Source of the DNA: an uncultured Methanosarcinales archaeon
Lineage (GTDB): Archaea > Nanobdellota > Nanobdellia > Woesearchaeales > GW2011-AR9
Assembly: GCA_964343575.1 (NCBI GenBank)
Contig: CAYFJV010000001.1
Span: 200,705-224,704 of the forward strand
Length of the DNA stretch: 24,000 nt
Direction: 5' to 3'
Part shown: positions 1 through 7,536 of the stretch, piece by piece
Layout: each line of letters starts with the position of its first letter
How positions within the stretch are numbered: position 1 is the first letter of the stretch
Translations under genes and position numbers: made by a program
Notes under the pieces: generated by a model
Database searches by the model: none
What the model saw: only the letters and a program-made list of their open reading frames with translations
Told to the model about the DNA's origin: nothing

Positions 1-414
1 GTACAAGATCCAAACGTTATCAAATTTGATGGCTACATTGCGCATAGTGCGAACAATTTTGGAGCATTGATTCCGGAAGGGGAAACACCAGTTTTTGCTG
101 TCGATGATATTGTTATTGAAGGTCCTTCTAAGTTGGTTAGCGAGCTTCGAGAGAAGTACAACGTTGTTTTGGTGAAAGACGGGGCATTTAACCACATTGA
201 TGCAGGAGATACAGCAAATGTTCCAAAGGTGCAGTTTATTTACGGAGCGCAAGATCCGAAATTAAATCTTGAAGAAATTGAAGAGATGCGTGCTTTGCTT
301 GAAGAAGTTGGGATTGTGACCACCCTTCATATTGAGCCAGGAGCGGCACATGGTCCAGAGAATTATGAGCCAGGAGTCTTGGAAGGCATCGTAGCAGACT
401 TTACTGGAAGGTAG
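1..414 (+). CDS. alpha/beta-hydrolase-fold protein (carboxylesterase/dienelactone-hydrolase-like), C-terminal part; 5' end lies outside the window
   Basis: Frame 1 is open from nt 1 (VQDPNVIKFDGYIAHSANNFG...), so the TTG at 67 in the ORF track is probably internal. The tail VPKVQFIYGAQDP followed by EPGAAHG resembles the Asp/His end of the catalytic triad in PF02230/DLH-type hydrolases. Family call is motif resemblance only. Confidence 0.5.
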   Translation, partial: VQDPNVIKFDGYIAHSANNFGALIPEGETPVFAVDDIVIEGPSKLVSELREKYNVVLVKDGAFNHIDAGDTANVPKVQFIYGAQDPKLNLEEIEEMRALLEEVGIVTTLHIEPGAAHGPENYEPGVLEGIVADFTGR

Positions 415-437
415 GCGATAGGTTTTTGTTTTGCTTT

Positions 438-1079
438 TTAGAGATGAAGATTATATTTTCTTACAATCTCATCAAAGGAAACTCCTGCTGCCAGGTCATC
501 CACATAAGTTCCGTAGATCTTTATCTCTTCTACATGCTGCTTGGCAAGTTTTTCTAATTTTTCTCTTGTGGTGTTCATTGCCTTAAAGTTTGCTCCCTTA
601 CTTCGGTAGAAGTTTTCAGCTAAGATAGTACAATCTTCATCGTCTTTCTTGTCTGCCTTAGGGATAATGATTTTTACTGAACCGTCGCCTTTCTTGAAAT
701 CAAAGGTAAAAGGAAAAAGCCTACAAATAGCTGGCCTTGAGTTCCACACCGTACAACCTTCTCCATCAACTAAAAAATGACAAAAACCATTTTTTCTTTT
801 AAGCTGGAGCACAGAACTATTTCTATAAAATTGGTAGAGAAAAGGATCAGTTTCTTTCACATTCTTCTCATGCTTTGCATCTACTTTTCCAAAGAAAGCA
901 ATTTCATGAAGAGGAATACCTTTTGCCTTATGAATTCTTAGCACATCATGCATGGTTGTGAAAATACCACTCCCAGAACCCGTACAACATCCACCGCCAT
1001 CAGCCACGCAACGCTCACAAGCAGAAAGGTTTGCAAAATCATCATCTTGGTTCATTACTTTAAGATCAATTTTAGTCAT
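438..1079 (-). CDS. YkgJ/UPF0153-type cysteine-cluster protein (CxxCxxCC putative Fe-S/Zn-binding domain)
   Basis: ATG start, 213 aa. N-terminal CERCVADGGGCC cluster plus downstream GFCHFL...GCTVWNSRPAICRLFPF, the pattern of PF03692-like proteins. Confidence 0.7.
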   Translation of the reverse strand: MTKIDLKVMNQDDDFANLSACERCVADGGGCCTGSGSGIFTTMHDVLRIHKAKGIPLHEIAFFGKVDAKHEKNVKETDPFLYQFYRNSSVLQLKRKNGFCHFLVDGEGCTVWNSRPAICRLFPFTFDFKKGDGSVKIIIPKADKKDDEDCTILAENFYRSKGANFKAMNTTREKLEKLAKQHVEEIKIYGTYVDDLAAGVSFDEIVRKYNLHL

Positions 1080-1190
1080 GTCGCTGCTTGATAAACAAGG
1101 GGTTTATTAGTTTAACTGTTTATGAGGGGAAGTTAGAGAGAAAAAGTAAAAGCTTTTAATCTGAGATATGTTTGTTTCTCTTGTTTTGTT

Positions 1191-1778
1191 ATGGTAAAAA
1201 AAGCAGATGTGATCATTGTTCTTGGTAGAGAACTTAATGATGATGGGACTATGCCAAGAGTTTTACAAGATCGTGTGAAAAAAGGAGTTGGTCTTTGGAA
1301 GAGAGGGCTAGCAGAGCATGTACTCATGACGGGTTCTAGCTCCGGCATGAAAGGAAGAAAAAAAGGAAAAAGTGAAGCAGAAGTTATGAAAAAATATGCT
1401 GAAGGTTTAGGGGTCGCGCCAAGAGCTATTATTAAAGAAGAAAAGTCAAAAGATACCATTGGTAATGCCTACTTTAGTAAAGCAATACTCAAGAGAAAAA
1501 AATGGAAATCGGTGATTGTAGTTTCCTCAAAACATCACTTCCCAAGGGCCCGTATTGTTTTTGAACAGATTTTAGGTCCTAACTTTGAAGTGCAAACGGT
1601 AAGCTCAAGTAGACTCATGTTGCACCATTATCTAAGATACTTGTTTCAGTTGTTTGTCAATGATCTAGAGCTTGTCTTAACAAAACAATTCTTCTCAGGT
1701 GTTAAGCCAGGAGATGATAAAGCAATTAAGAAAAGATTGCTTAGCTGGCATCCTTATTATAAGAGAGAAAAGAAATAA
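1191..1778 (+). CDS. DUF218/YdcF-SanA-like protein (AT-rich paralogue)
   Basis: 195 aa. VIIVLG...R...G...L..GSS...SEAEVMKKYAEGLGV....I..E..S.DT.GNA....K.VIVVSS.HH.PRA..VF matches the DUF218 pattern. AAAAGCTTTTAATC box at 1147-1161 lies upstream. Confidence 0.7.
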   Translation: MVKKADVIIVLGRELNDDGTMPRVLQDRVKKGVGLWKRGLAEHVLMTGSSSGMKGRKKGKSEAEVMKKYAEGLGVAPRAIIKEEKSKDTIGNAYFSKAILKRKKWKSVIVVSSKHHFPRARIVFEQILGPNFEVQTVSSSRLMLHHYLRYLFQLFVNDLELVLTKQFFSGVKPGDDKAIKKRLLSWHPYYKREKK

Positions 1779-1779
1779 G

Positions 1780-2493
1780 TTATTCTCCAGAAAGAAATCT
1801 TAACACTTCTCTTGACCCATGGTCTAAAAGGTCTTTTGCTAAGACACCAAAACCATAAGCTGAAGCATATCTTCTCACCTTTGATCCCCTATGGTGAAAG
1901 GGATGTCCATTTTTTAAGTATACTTCCCAACGAATCTGGTCCCCAGGGATTAATCCTCGCAGCCTTCCATCAGTATGGATTGCGCAAGAAACAATTCTAT
2001 CAACCATCCCTCGATCTTGTGGTCCATCGTGTTCTCTCACTGGCAAAGGAAAGAAACGGTATTTCGTTCCAAGCACATACTGCGCGGTATCGAGTACTCT
2101 CTCCATCCCTGGCTTATCGGCTACAAGAGCTAAGTTTTTTGCCCCAAGACCATCAATAATTGGCCAAGAAAGTATAATATTTGCTAAAGTATCAAGGGCT
2201 TCTGCTTCCGTGTGCACATGCCTATCTGGGACCCCTCGAACTTCCATAAGGTGGCGCCTCATTTGATATGCTTCGGCTTGATCCCGTGAAGGTCTTTGAT
2301 GAGGAAGTAAAGTTCCCGAACAATAGCCGCTTAGTAAAATCGGTGCAGGACCATCTCTTCTTTCCTGAATCTTTGTTTGCGTGTAAGCCCAGGCTGCCTT
2401 GCCTGAGCGTGCGTGAGCGTATGGTCCTTTAGTTGGCTCTCCACCAAAGGCAAAAATAAGGTCGACTTGTTCCAGATTGTCTAAAAGCTTCAT
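1780..2493 (-). CDS. DUF218/YdcF-like protein (GC-rich, Arg-rich paralogue)
   Basis: 237 aa, ATG start. LIFAFGG...PILLSGY...DQAEAYQMRRHLMEVRGVP...HTEAEALDTLANI...LALVADKPGMERV follows the same DUF218 layout. Its stop is 1 nt from the stop of the convergent gene. Confidence 0.6.
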   Translation of the reverse strand: MKLLDNLEQVDLIFAFGGEPTKGPYAHARSGKAAWAYTQTKIQERRDGPAPILLSGYCSGTLLPHQRPSRDQAEAYQMRRHLMEVRGVPDRHVHTEAEALDTLANIILSWPIIDGLGAKNLALVADKPGMERVLDTAQYVLGTKYRFFPLPVREHDGPQDRGMVDRIVSCAIHTDGRLRGLIPGDQIRWEVYLKNGHPFHHRGSKVRRYASAYGFGVLAKDLLDHGSREVLRFLSGE

Positions 2494-2560
2494 AAGGGTT
2501 CAAAAGGAGGGCTGTTTAAGAATCTTCTTGAGAAAAACTTACCAAAAGGCAAGGGAATAA

Positions 2561-2941
2561 ATGCTCAATTCCCATAATTTTGATGATCATTTTAAAAAAA
2601 AAGAAAGTATTTTTCCTTTCATGTCTTATACGACCAAATTGGCTTGGCTCAACCATTATGTGGGGGGAGCTCTGCAAAGAGTTGTTAATGATCTTGATAG
2701 GGGTAGAGAAGGCGATTTCAATGCGCTTTACAGAGATACTTGCATTAGTGATTTACTGGAACTTGCTGACTCTGGGCTTCCTTTAGGAGAGCTTAGTCAA
2801 GGTGGTTTTGAGGAAGTTTTATCTTTAGCTCAAGGAAATTGGAATGCTCCAAAGGAACTTACTAGACTTTATATTAGATTAAAAGAAGTCTCAGGAAAAA
2901 GAGTAGATAGAGATATTTGTAGAATACTTAACGGGGAATAA
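2561..2941 (+). CDS. hypothetical protein with no recognisable motif
   Basis: 126-aa ORF with ATG start in an otherwise empty interval. Alternative start at Met21 (2621). No family recognised. Confidence 0.45.
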   Translation: MLNSHNFDDHFKKKESIFPFMSYTTKLAWLNHYVGGALQRVVNDLDRGREGDFNALYRDTCISDLLELADSGLPLGELSQGGFEEVLSLAQGNWNAPKELTRLYIRLKEVSGKRVDRDICRILNGE

Positions 2942-2973
2942 GAGTTGGAGAAAAAAAGGAAAATAAAAAGGTT

Positions 2974-3204
2974 TTATCTAAGCACTTCAAACTCTTTGAC
3001 AATGATTACCACAAAGAGCAAGAGTAAGATTGCACCAGCTACCAAATACCAAAGGCCAGCTTGAAGTGTTCCTGTTGTCAGGCCCATATACATCCCCCAA
3101 GCCATAATAATGAAACCAAGCCAGAGAAACTTGTCGAGGACCAGTTTCATGATATCAAACTCTTGTTGATCTGTTAATCGTCTTTTTGATTTTCTTCTTG
3201 CCAT
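2974..3204 (-). CDS. small two-TM membrane protein with basic N-terminus
   Basis: 76 aa. MARRKSKRR, then two hydrophobic helices. AAGGAGATAA Shine-Dalgarno-like sequence (present twice) directly upstream. Lies immediately downstream of the pilin gene on the same strand. Confidence 0.55.
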   Translation of the reverse strand: MARRKSKRRLTDQQEFDIMKLVLDKFLWLGFIIMAWGMYMGLTTGTLQAGLWYLVAGAILLLLFVVIIVKEFEVLR

Positions 3205-3243
3205 TTTTGATTATCTCCTTATCTTATCTCCTTGTGCGCTCTT

Positions 3244-3810
3244 CTATGTTGTCTTGATAAAGAAGGTCTTACTATCAAACTCTTCTAAAGTATCAGCATC
3301 AGTAAGCACCACCTTATACAAATAGTTCCCTGTTTTACTTGGAGCAGTGATGGTTACCGGAACTACTCGAGATTCACCTGCATCAAGCGCCTGTGGCGTA
3401 TCATCCCAATCAATTCGTGAGCTTACATCGATTGCATCCGGAGTTGTCCAGGAAAGAGTTGTTTGTGAGCTAAAAATCTCAAAAATATCTCCATTCTTTA
3501 CCTCAAAACCAACAATGAGATTCTTATCTGCATCTTCGGTGTTCTTAATACCAATTGCTTGTACACTTAACTCATTTGTCTCAAGTGTGATAGAAGTTGC
3601 TGGAAAACTTAACTTCTTGTTTCCTGTTCGTAGATCATCTAGAATTTGCTGACTAATCTGTTCTTGTACTGAGGTAGAAGTACTGGTAATTTGCTCAAAC
3701 TGACCTCGTACAAAACCAAGTCCTAAACCAAGCACCACAAAAGCAATTACTACAATGACAATTGCCTGAATACTCAGGTTTAAGGATGCTTTTTTGTTAA
3801 ATTGTTTCAT
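3244..3810 (-). CDS. archaeal type IV pilin-like protein with class III signal peptide
   Basis: Start moved to the ATG at 3810, which is preceded by GGAGGTGATGAG. N-terminus MKQFNKKA|SLNLSIQAIVIVVIAFVVLGLGLG has basic residues, a small residue at -1, then a hydrophobic helix. C-terminal part looks beta-rich/Ig-like. Adjacent to an A24 peptidase gene. Confidence 0.7.
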   Translation of the reverse strand: MKQFNKKASLNLSIQAIVIVVIAFVVLGLGLGFVRGQFEQITSTSTSVQEQISQQILDDLRTGNKKLSFPATSITLETNELSVQAIGIKNTEDADKNLIVGFEVKNGDIFEIFSSQTTLSWTTPDAIDVSSRIDWDDTPQALDAGESRVVPVTITAPSKTGNYLYKVVLTDADTLEEFDSKTFFIKTT

Positions 3811-3957
3811 CTCATCACCTCCATGGCCCCTTGCGCCTTTGCATTGGCAGCCAAAGCCCATGAATATTCATCTCTTTTTGAATGTTAATCTTCGATAGTT
3901 TCCCTTAGATCTCTCAATAGAACCATCGAAAAGTCTAGTTTGAAGCAATGAAATGTC

Positions 3958-3970
3958 CTATAAAAAGCTG
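3958..3970 (-). promoter_or_regulatory. BRE/TATA-like box (AGCTTTTTATAGG on the minus strand) for the pilin transcript
   Basis: Same AGCTTTTTATA core as the box upstream of the tRNA(CAU) gene. It sits about 150 nt upstream of the pilin ATG, implying a long leader. Confidence 0.4.
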
Positions 3971-4018
3971 TCGGTCAGCAAGTCGAAGATTTTGTTTGCT
4001 CTCAAAAGACGACAAGAA

Positions 4019-4041
4019 GGAAGAAAAAAAGAGGGGGGAAA
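4019..4041 (-). terminator. pyrimidine/oligo-T tract after the peptidase gene
   Basis: The minus strand reads TTCCCCCCTCTTTTTTTCTTCC directly after the stop at 4042. Archaeal termination typically occurs at oligo-T runs. Confidence 0.4.
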
Positions 4042-4902
4042 CTAGAAAAAGAAGAGGAGAACTTGGACCAAAAGAGGCTCTGCAAAAAGAAGTGTGAGGT
4101 AGGCGAGCAAAAAACTTGGTACAAATGGAACTCCTTCTTTGATAGTTACTCTGTGTAATTTTCCTTCTTTTTCTAATCTCTTCAGAGTTACGAGGTCTTT
4201 TTTGGTAAGTGACTTACTGCAAGGGATTGTTTTTCCTCGTACTACGATGTCTTTATCAAGCCAATCTCCCAAAGTAAGCTGGCTTGGTTTGATCTCTTTG
4301 AGAAAACAGCTCTGTTCAACTGCGCTTGCAAAAAGGAAAAGATAGTAGGCGATAAGCGGAAAGATAGCGAGTATGACAAGTTGAATTTGGAGGAAAGCCA
4401 AAAGGGCAAGGAGAGCAGCTGCAACATAGGCGTAGAAATGTTCTTTTCTGTATTCTTTGAACTTGTGTTTGAGTGTTGGAAGAAACTTCTTTCTTCTTAT
4501 GAATGCAAGAGCTAGACTCCAAATGAGCCCAAAGAAGGCTCCAATGAGCATGAGCAAAATGAAGTAAAGAACAAGTTCCCAGGAGTTACTTTGAAAGATA
4601 AAATCAGCGCCAAGAACCATCCCCATCCCCATTAAGAGTTTACTGTCTGCACCACCCCATTGGTGTGTGTAAAAGAAAAGTAAGGCGATTAGGAAGAAAA
4701 ATGCAGTTCCAATGATTCCTGAAAGAATTGTTTGCCACCACAGAGTTTGGTGGGTTAGGGAGAAAAGTATGCGTAAGGCAAAGGCTCCGAAGAGAAGAGA
4801 ATAGCTTATCCAATCTGGAACCTCTCTGCTTTTTAGGTCAGTGTAGGATGCTAAAATAAGAAGAGTTATGGTGAAAGAAGTGATCACTGTAAGAAAAACC
4901 AT
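4042..4902 (-). CDS. A24-family prepilin/preflagellin peptidase (PibD/FlaK/EppA-like)
   Basis: 286 aa, polytopic. First Asp motif SYTDLKSREVPDW and second Asp motif WGGADSKLLMGMG (GGAD variant typical of archaeal enzymes). Carries an extra C-terminal soluble segment. Confidence 0.8.
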   Translation of the reverse strand: MVFLTVITSFTITLLILASYTDLKSREVPDWISYSLLFGAFALRILFSLTHQTLWWQTILSGIIGTAFFFLIALLFFYTHQWGGADSKLLMGMGMVLGADFIFQSNSWELVLYFILLMLIGAFFGLIWSLALAFIRRKKFLPTLKHKFKEYRKEHFYAYVAAALLALLAFLQIQLVILAIFPLIAYYLFLFASAVEQSCFLKEIKPSQLTLGDWLDKDIVVRGKTIPCSKSLTKKDLVTLKRLEKEGKLHRVTIKEGVPFVPSFLLAYLTLLFAEPLLVQVLLFFF

Positions 4903-5081
4903 AGGCGAGATGTTTGAAAGAGGCTTTATTAAGCTTGCGTTGACACAAAGATTTATAAACGAATTTTCCTCTCTTTCTCCTTAGAATACTTATATCGCAA
5001 GCTAAATTGTGACTCAGCAGCTTTTTGTTTTGAGTTAAGAATTGCTAAAATCATTTTTGTAAGTATCAAGGAGGTAGGTAG

Positions 5082-5648
5082 ATGGCAGATAACGAGTACG
5101 AAATTCTCCCACATCAATTGCTCGAAGATCTTAAATTTGATGTTGAAGCTCTTAAGAAGAAACTAAGTGAGCCTGAAGCAAAGGCAAACGAACTTATTCT
5201 AGAAATTGAGACGCTTAAAGATTCTATTCACGAGTTAAACAGCGTGTTTAGCAAGGCGCTTGATGAAACTAAAGAGGAAGATGTGTATCATTCAATCAAA
5301 ACACTCAATGAAAGGATTGATGCAGTAGTTACCCAAAACGAGACAATTGCAAAAGGAATGATCGCAATTTCAGATAAGGTTGATGAATTTTTACGCAAAC
5401 AAAAAGAAGGAAACGCTGGACCAATGACTTCTCAACTTCCGGGTGGTCCTGCTGGTTCTTCTTTTGGAACACCTGGTTCTTTTGGATCAGGGCCATCTGC
5501 TCCAATGCCTCCAAGTCCTGGTTTACAAGCGGGGGCGAATATGCAACACCAGTTTATGGGATCACCACAAGGCTTCTCTGGGGGCAGGACTCCTGTAATG
5601 CCACCACCACCAATCCCACAGAGGAAGAAAAGGAAGGGGCTCTTTTGA
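5082..5648 (+). CDS. coiled-coil protein with Pro/Gly-rich linker and basic C-terminal tail (unknown family)
   Basis: ATG preceded by AAGGAGGTAGGTAG. About 110 aa of heptad-like K/E/L-rich sequence, then GPAGSSFGTPGSFGSGPSAPMPPSPG, ending PPPPIPQRKKRKGLF. Confidence 0.7.
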   Translation: MADNEYEILPHQLLEDLKFDVEALKKKLSEPEAKANELILEIETLKDSIHELNSVFSKALDETKEEDVYHSIKTLNERIDAVVTQNETIAKGMIAISDKVDEFLRKQKEGNAGPMTSQLPGGPAGSSFGTPGSFGSGPSAPMPPSPGLQAGANMQHQFMGSPQGFSGGRTPVMPPPPIPQRKKRKGLF

Positions 5649-5671
5649 GTTCTAATTTTTGCAAAACCTGA

Positions 5672-6841
5672 ATGAAGGGCAATGTAGTTATGGTACACTT
5701 ACGAGCAAAACAATTGTTGTTGAATGCTGCGCGTGAACAGTTTGCGCAACGCAAAGGCATTTCCAGCAAAGAAATAACTGAGCGGCTTAATGAGATTAAA
5801 TATCTCTCCTCACAGCGAAAAGTACCAAAGCTCACTTTGCGTCGTGAGATCTTAAGTTTAGAGCGCAAGCTTGCTAACTTGTTTGAAGTTGAAAAGCGCT
5901 TACTTCATGCTAAGAAAAAAGAGTCTGCAAAAATACGTTCTCTTAAGCGGCAGAACACTTTACTTAAAGAACGTCTTGAAAAAAGTAGCGATCCTGAACT
6001 TCGCGCCCGTGTAGGGAAACTAAGCCATGTCTTAGGAGATATTCTTGCCAAAGCGCAAACTAAAGAAGATGTTGCTCTTGCTCACAAAATTCTTGGTGAT
6101 TTAGAGGGCGAAGATCGTCGCAAAGTTGAGAAACAAGAACTTTCTTTACGAAGTAAAAAATTGCTTCGCTTGGAAGATATTCTCTCTCGGGTTAAACACA
6201 AGCTTCATTTGTTAGAGTTGGAGCACAAAGTCAGTCCTATGCAGCTTCGAAAGTTGCAAGAGTTGTTAGCTAAACTTGAGCATAAGTTGGAAGAGCTTAA
6301 GAAGGATAAGGGAAAAGCGAGCCGTTCTTCTTCTAGTGGAAAGCATAAGATTCTTTTCGATGCAGTTGATGTAGCTAGGCCTGATAAGAAAGATCCTTTT
6401 GATGTCTCTGCAAAAAATATGCCGCTTGCTCTGCCTTCTCCTGAGGATGTACAAAAAGAGCTTGCTGAGCAAAAAGGTTTAGGGGTTAGAGAACAAAGTT
6501 CTTTTGGAAACTTTGGAAAAGCTCCTGTTCCCCTTCCACCAGGACCTTCGACACCATTACCTCCTCTCCCAAAACCCTTGCCGTCTTTTGGTGCTGCAAA
6601 GTCAGTTTCACCTGTTTCTTTTGATCAAAGTTTAGCTTTACCAAAGGCTTCTAGTGCTGAGAGAATCATTGAACCAAACGCTGGCGCTGGAATTGAAAAC
6701 CATAGTGACCTTAAAAATCAGTTATTAGCTGGTGTTGGAGAGTTAGAAAATAAGCATCAAGAAGTGCATGGAACAGCTTTGCCTCCTGCACCGGTTCCGC
6801 AGCGCACTCAGAAAAAAGGATTTCATTTGTTTGGTAAGTAG
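5672..6841 (+). CDS. long coiled-coil protein with Pro-rich linker and basic-aromatic C-terminal tail; paralogous tail to the upstream gene
   Basis: 389 aa (alternative ATG at 5690). About 210 aa of coiled-coil-like sequence, then a low-complexity region with SSFGNFGKAPVPLPPGPS, ending PPAPVPQRTQKKGFHLFGK. Confidence 0.7.
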   Translation: MKGNVVMVHLRAKQLLLNAAREQFAQRKGISSKEITERLNEIKYLSSQRKVPKLTLRREILSLERKLANLFEVEKRLLHAKKKESAKIRSLKRQNTLLKERLEKSSDPELRARVGKLSHVLGDILAKAQTKEDVALAHKILGDLEGEDRRKVEKQELSLRSKKLLRLEDILSRVKHKLHLLELEHKVSPMQLRKLQELLAKLEHKLEELKKDKGKASRSSSSGKHKILFDAVDVARPDKKDPFDVSAKNMPLALPSPEDVQKELAEQKGLGVREQSSFGNFGKAPVPLPPGPSTPLPPLPKPLPSFGAAKSVSPVSFDQSLALPKASSAERIIEPNAGAGIENHSDLKNQLLAGVGELENKHQEVHGTALPPAPVPQRTQKKGFHLFGK

Positions 6842-6859
6842 AATCATCGAATTACTTTC

Positions 6860-7042
6860 CTAAAGATCTCTTGGCATGACCGTTCTTCGACTATTTTCTT
6901 TGGCTCTTCTGCAAGCATCTTCAACGAGCTCTTTTACTTTCTCATCTAGCTTGTCCATAAAATCACTAGACATACTTTGTACTTCATATTTTGAAGAGAC
7001 AACCAGTTCTTTTACAGAAGTTCTTACTACTAAGTTTACCAT
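6860..7042 (-). CDS. DUF1931-like histone-fold small protein
   Basis: 60 aa. VVRTSVKELV...MSSDFMDKLDEKVKELVEDACRRAKENSRRTVMPRDL matches my recollection of the DUF1931 (PF09123) pattern. AAATTTAAATAC box about 30 nt upstream of the ATG. Confidence 0.55.
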   Translation of the reverse strand: MVNLVVRTSVKELVVSSKYEVQSMSSDFMDKLDEKVKELVEDACRRAKENSRRTVMPRDL

Positions 7043-7138
7043 TACTCTTGTTTGGAGAAAAGGAGTATTTAAATTTACCTTTGTTCAAGAAGACAAGGGC
7101 GGGAAAAACATAAAAAGAAAGGAAAAAAGGAGGAGGGG

Positions 7139-7531
7139 ATGGAAAATTGTATCTTTTGTAAAATTAGAGCAGAAGAAATTCCAAGCTATAAGATCTATGA
7201 AAATTCTGATTTCTTAGTCTTTTTAGATATTACACAACTCAATGAGGGGCACTGTCTTGTGATTCCTAAAAAACATTACAGGTGGGTTTGGGATGTTCAA
7301 GAGGAGTATAGTAAGGTTTGTAATAAGGTGGCAAATGCTATCAAGAAGGCTTTTTCTACAGAAAGAGTAGTGAGTTTTGTGATTGGAGATCAAGTACCTC
7401 ACGCACATATCCACCTTGTTCCTCGCTTTGAGGGGGATGGACATGGCCCATTAATTGATACTTCTAAAACAAAGACTTTATCTGATGAAAGGATGCGAGA
7501 GATTTCTGAGAAGATTAGAAAAGAATTTTAG
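7139..7531 (+). CDS. HIT-family (histidine triad) nucleotide hydrolase/transferase
   Basis: 130 aa. N-terminal CIFCKI and histidine triad HAHIHLVP. GGAGGAGGGG directly upstream of the ATG. Confidence 0.9.
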   Translation: MENCIFCKIRAEEIPSYKIYENSDFLVFLDITQLNEGHCLVIPKKHYRWVWDVQEEYSKVCNKVANAIKKAFSTERVVSFVIGDQVPHAHIHLVPRFEGDGHGPLIDTSKTKTLSDERMREISEKIRKEF

Positions 7532-7536
7532 ATTAA

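Noticed and set aside
1133-1459. Antisense or alternative-frame ORFs such as 1133-1459, 1812-2159, 2580-2786, 3347-3652, 4139-4522, 5329-5868, 6266-6472, 6876-7217, 7749-8675, 10359-10658, 10934-11188, 13699-14562, 15063-16840, 17154-17402, 17927-18268, 18785-19241, 20166-20441, 20821-21735 and 22784-23609
   Set aside because: Each is fully or mostly overlapped by a longer ORF with clear family motifs or better start signals, and their translations are low-complexity shadow sequences.
3205-3243. Tandem repeat TTATCTCCTT-ATC-TTATCTCCTT (a duplicated AAGGAGATAA on the minus strand)
   Set aside because: Most simply explained as a duplicated ribosome-binding site upstream of the 76-aa ORF. It is too short to call a repeat element.
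3811-3861. N-terminal extension of the pilin ORF (MGFGCQCKGARGHGGDE...)
   Set aside because: The extension contains the GGAGGTGATGAG ribosome-binding site for the internal ATG at 3810 and would bury the class III signal peptide. The shorter CDS is preferred.
5598-6838. Reading the shared C-terminal tails as PCNA-interacting PIP boxes
   Set aside because: Neither QKKGFHLF nor QRKKRKGLF has the hydrophobic residue at position 4 or the aromatic pair spacing of Qxx[LIM]xx[FY][FY].
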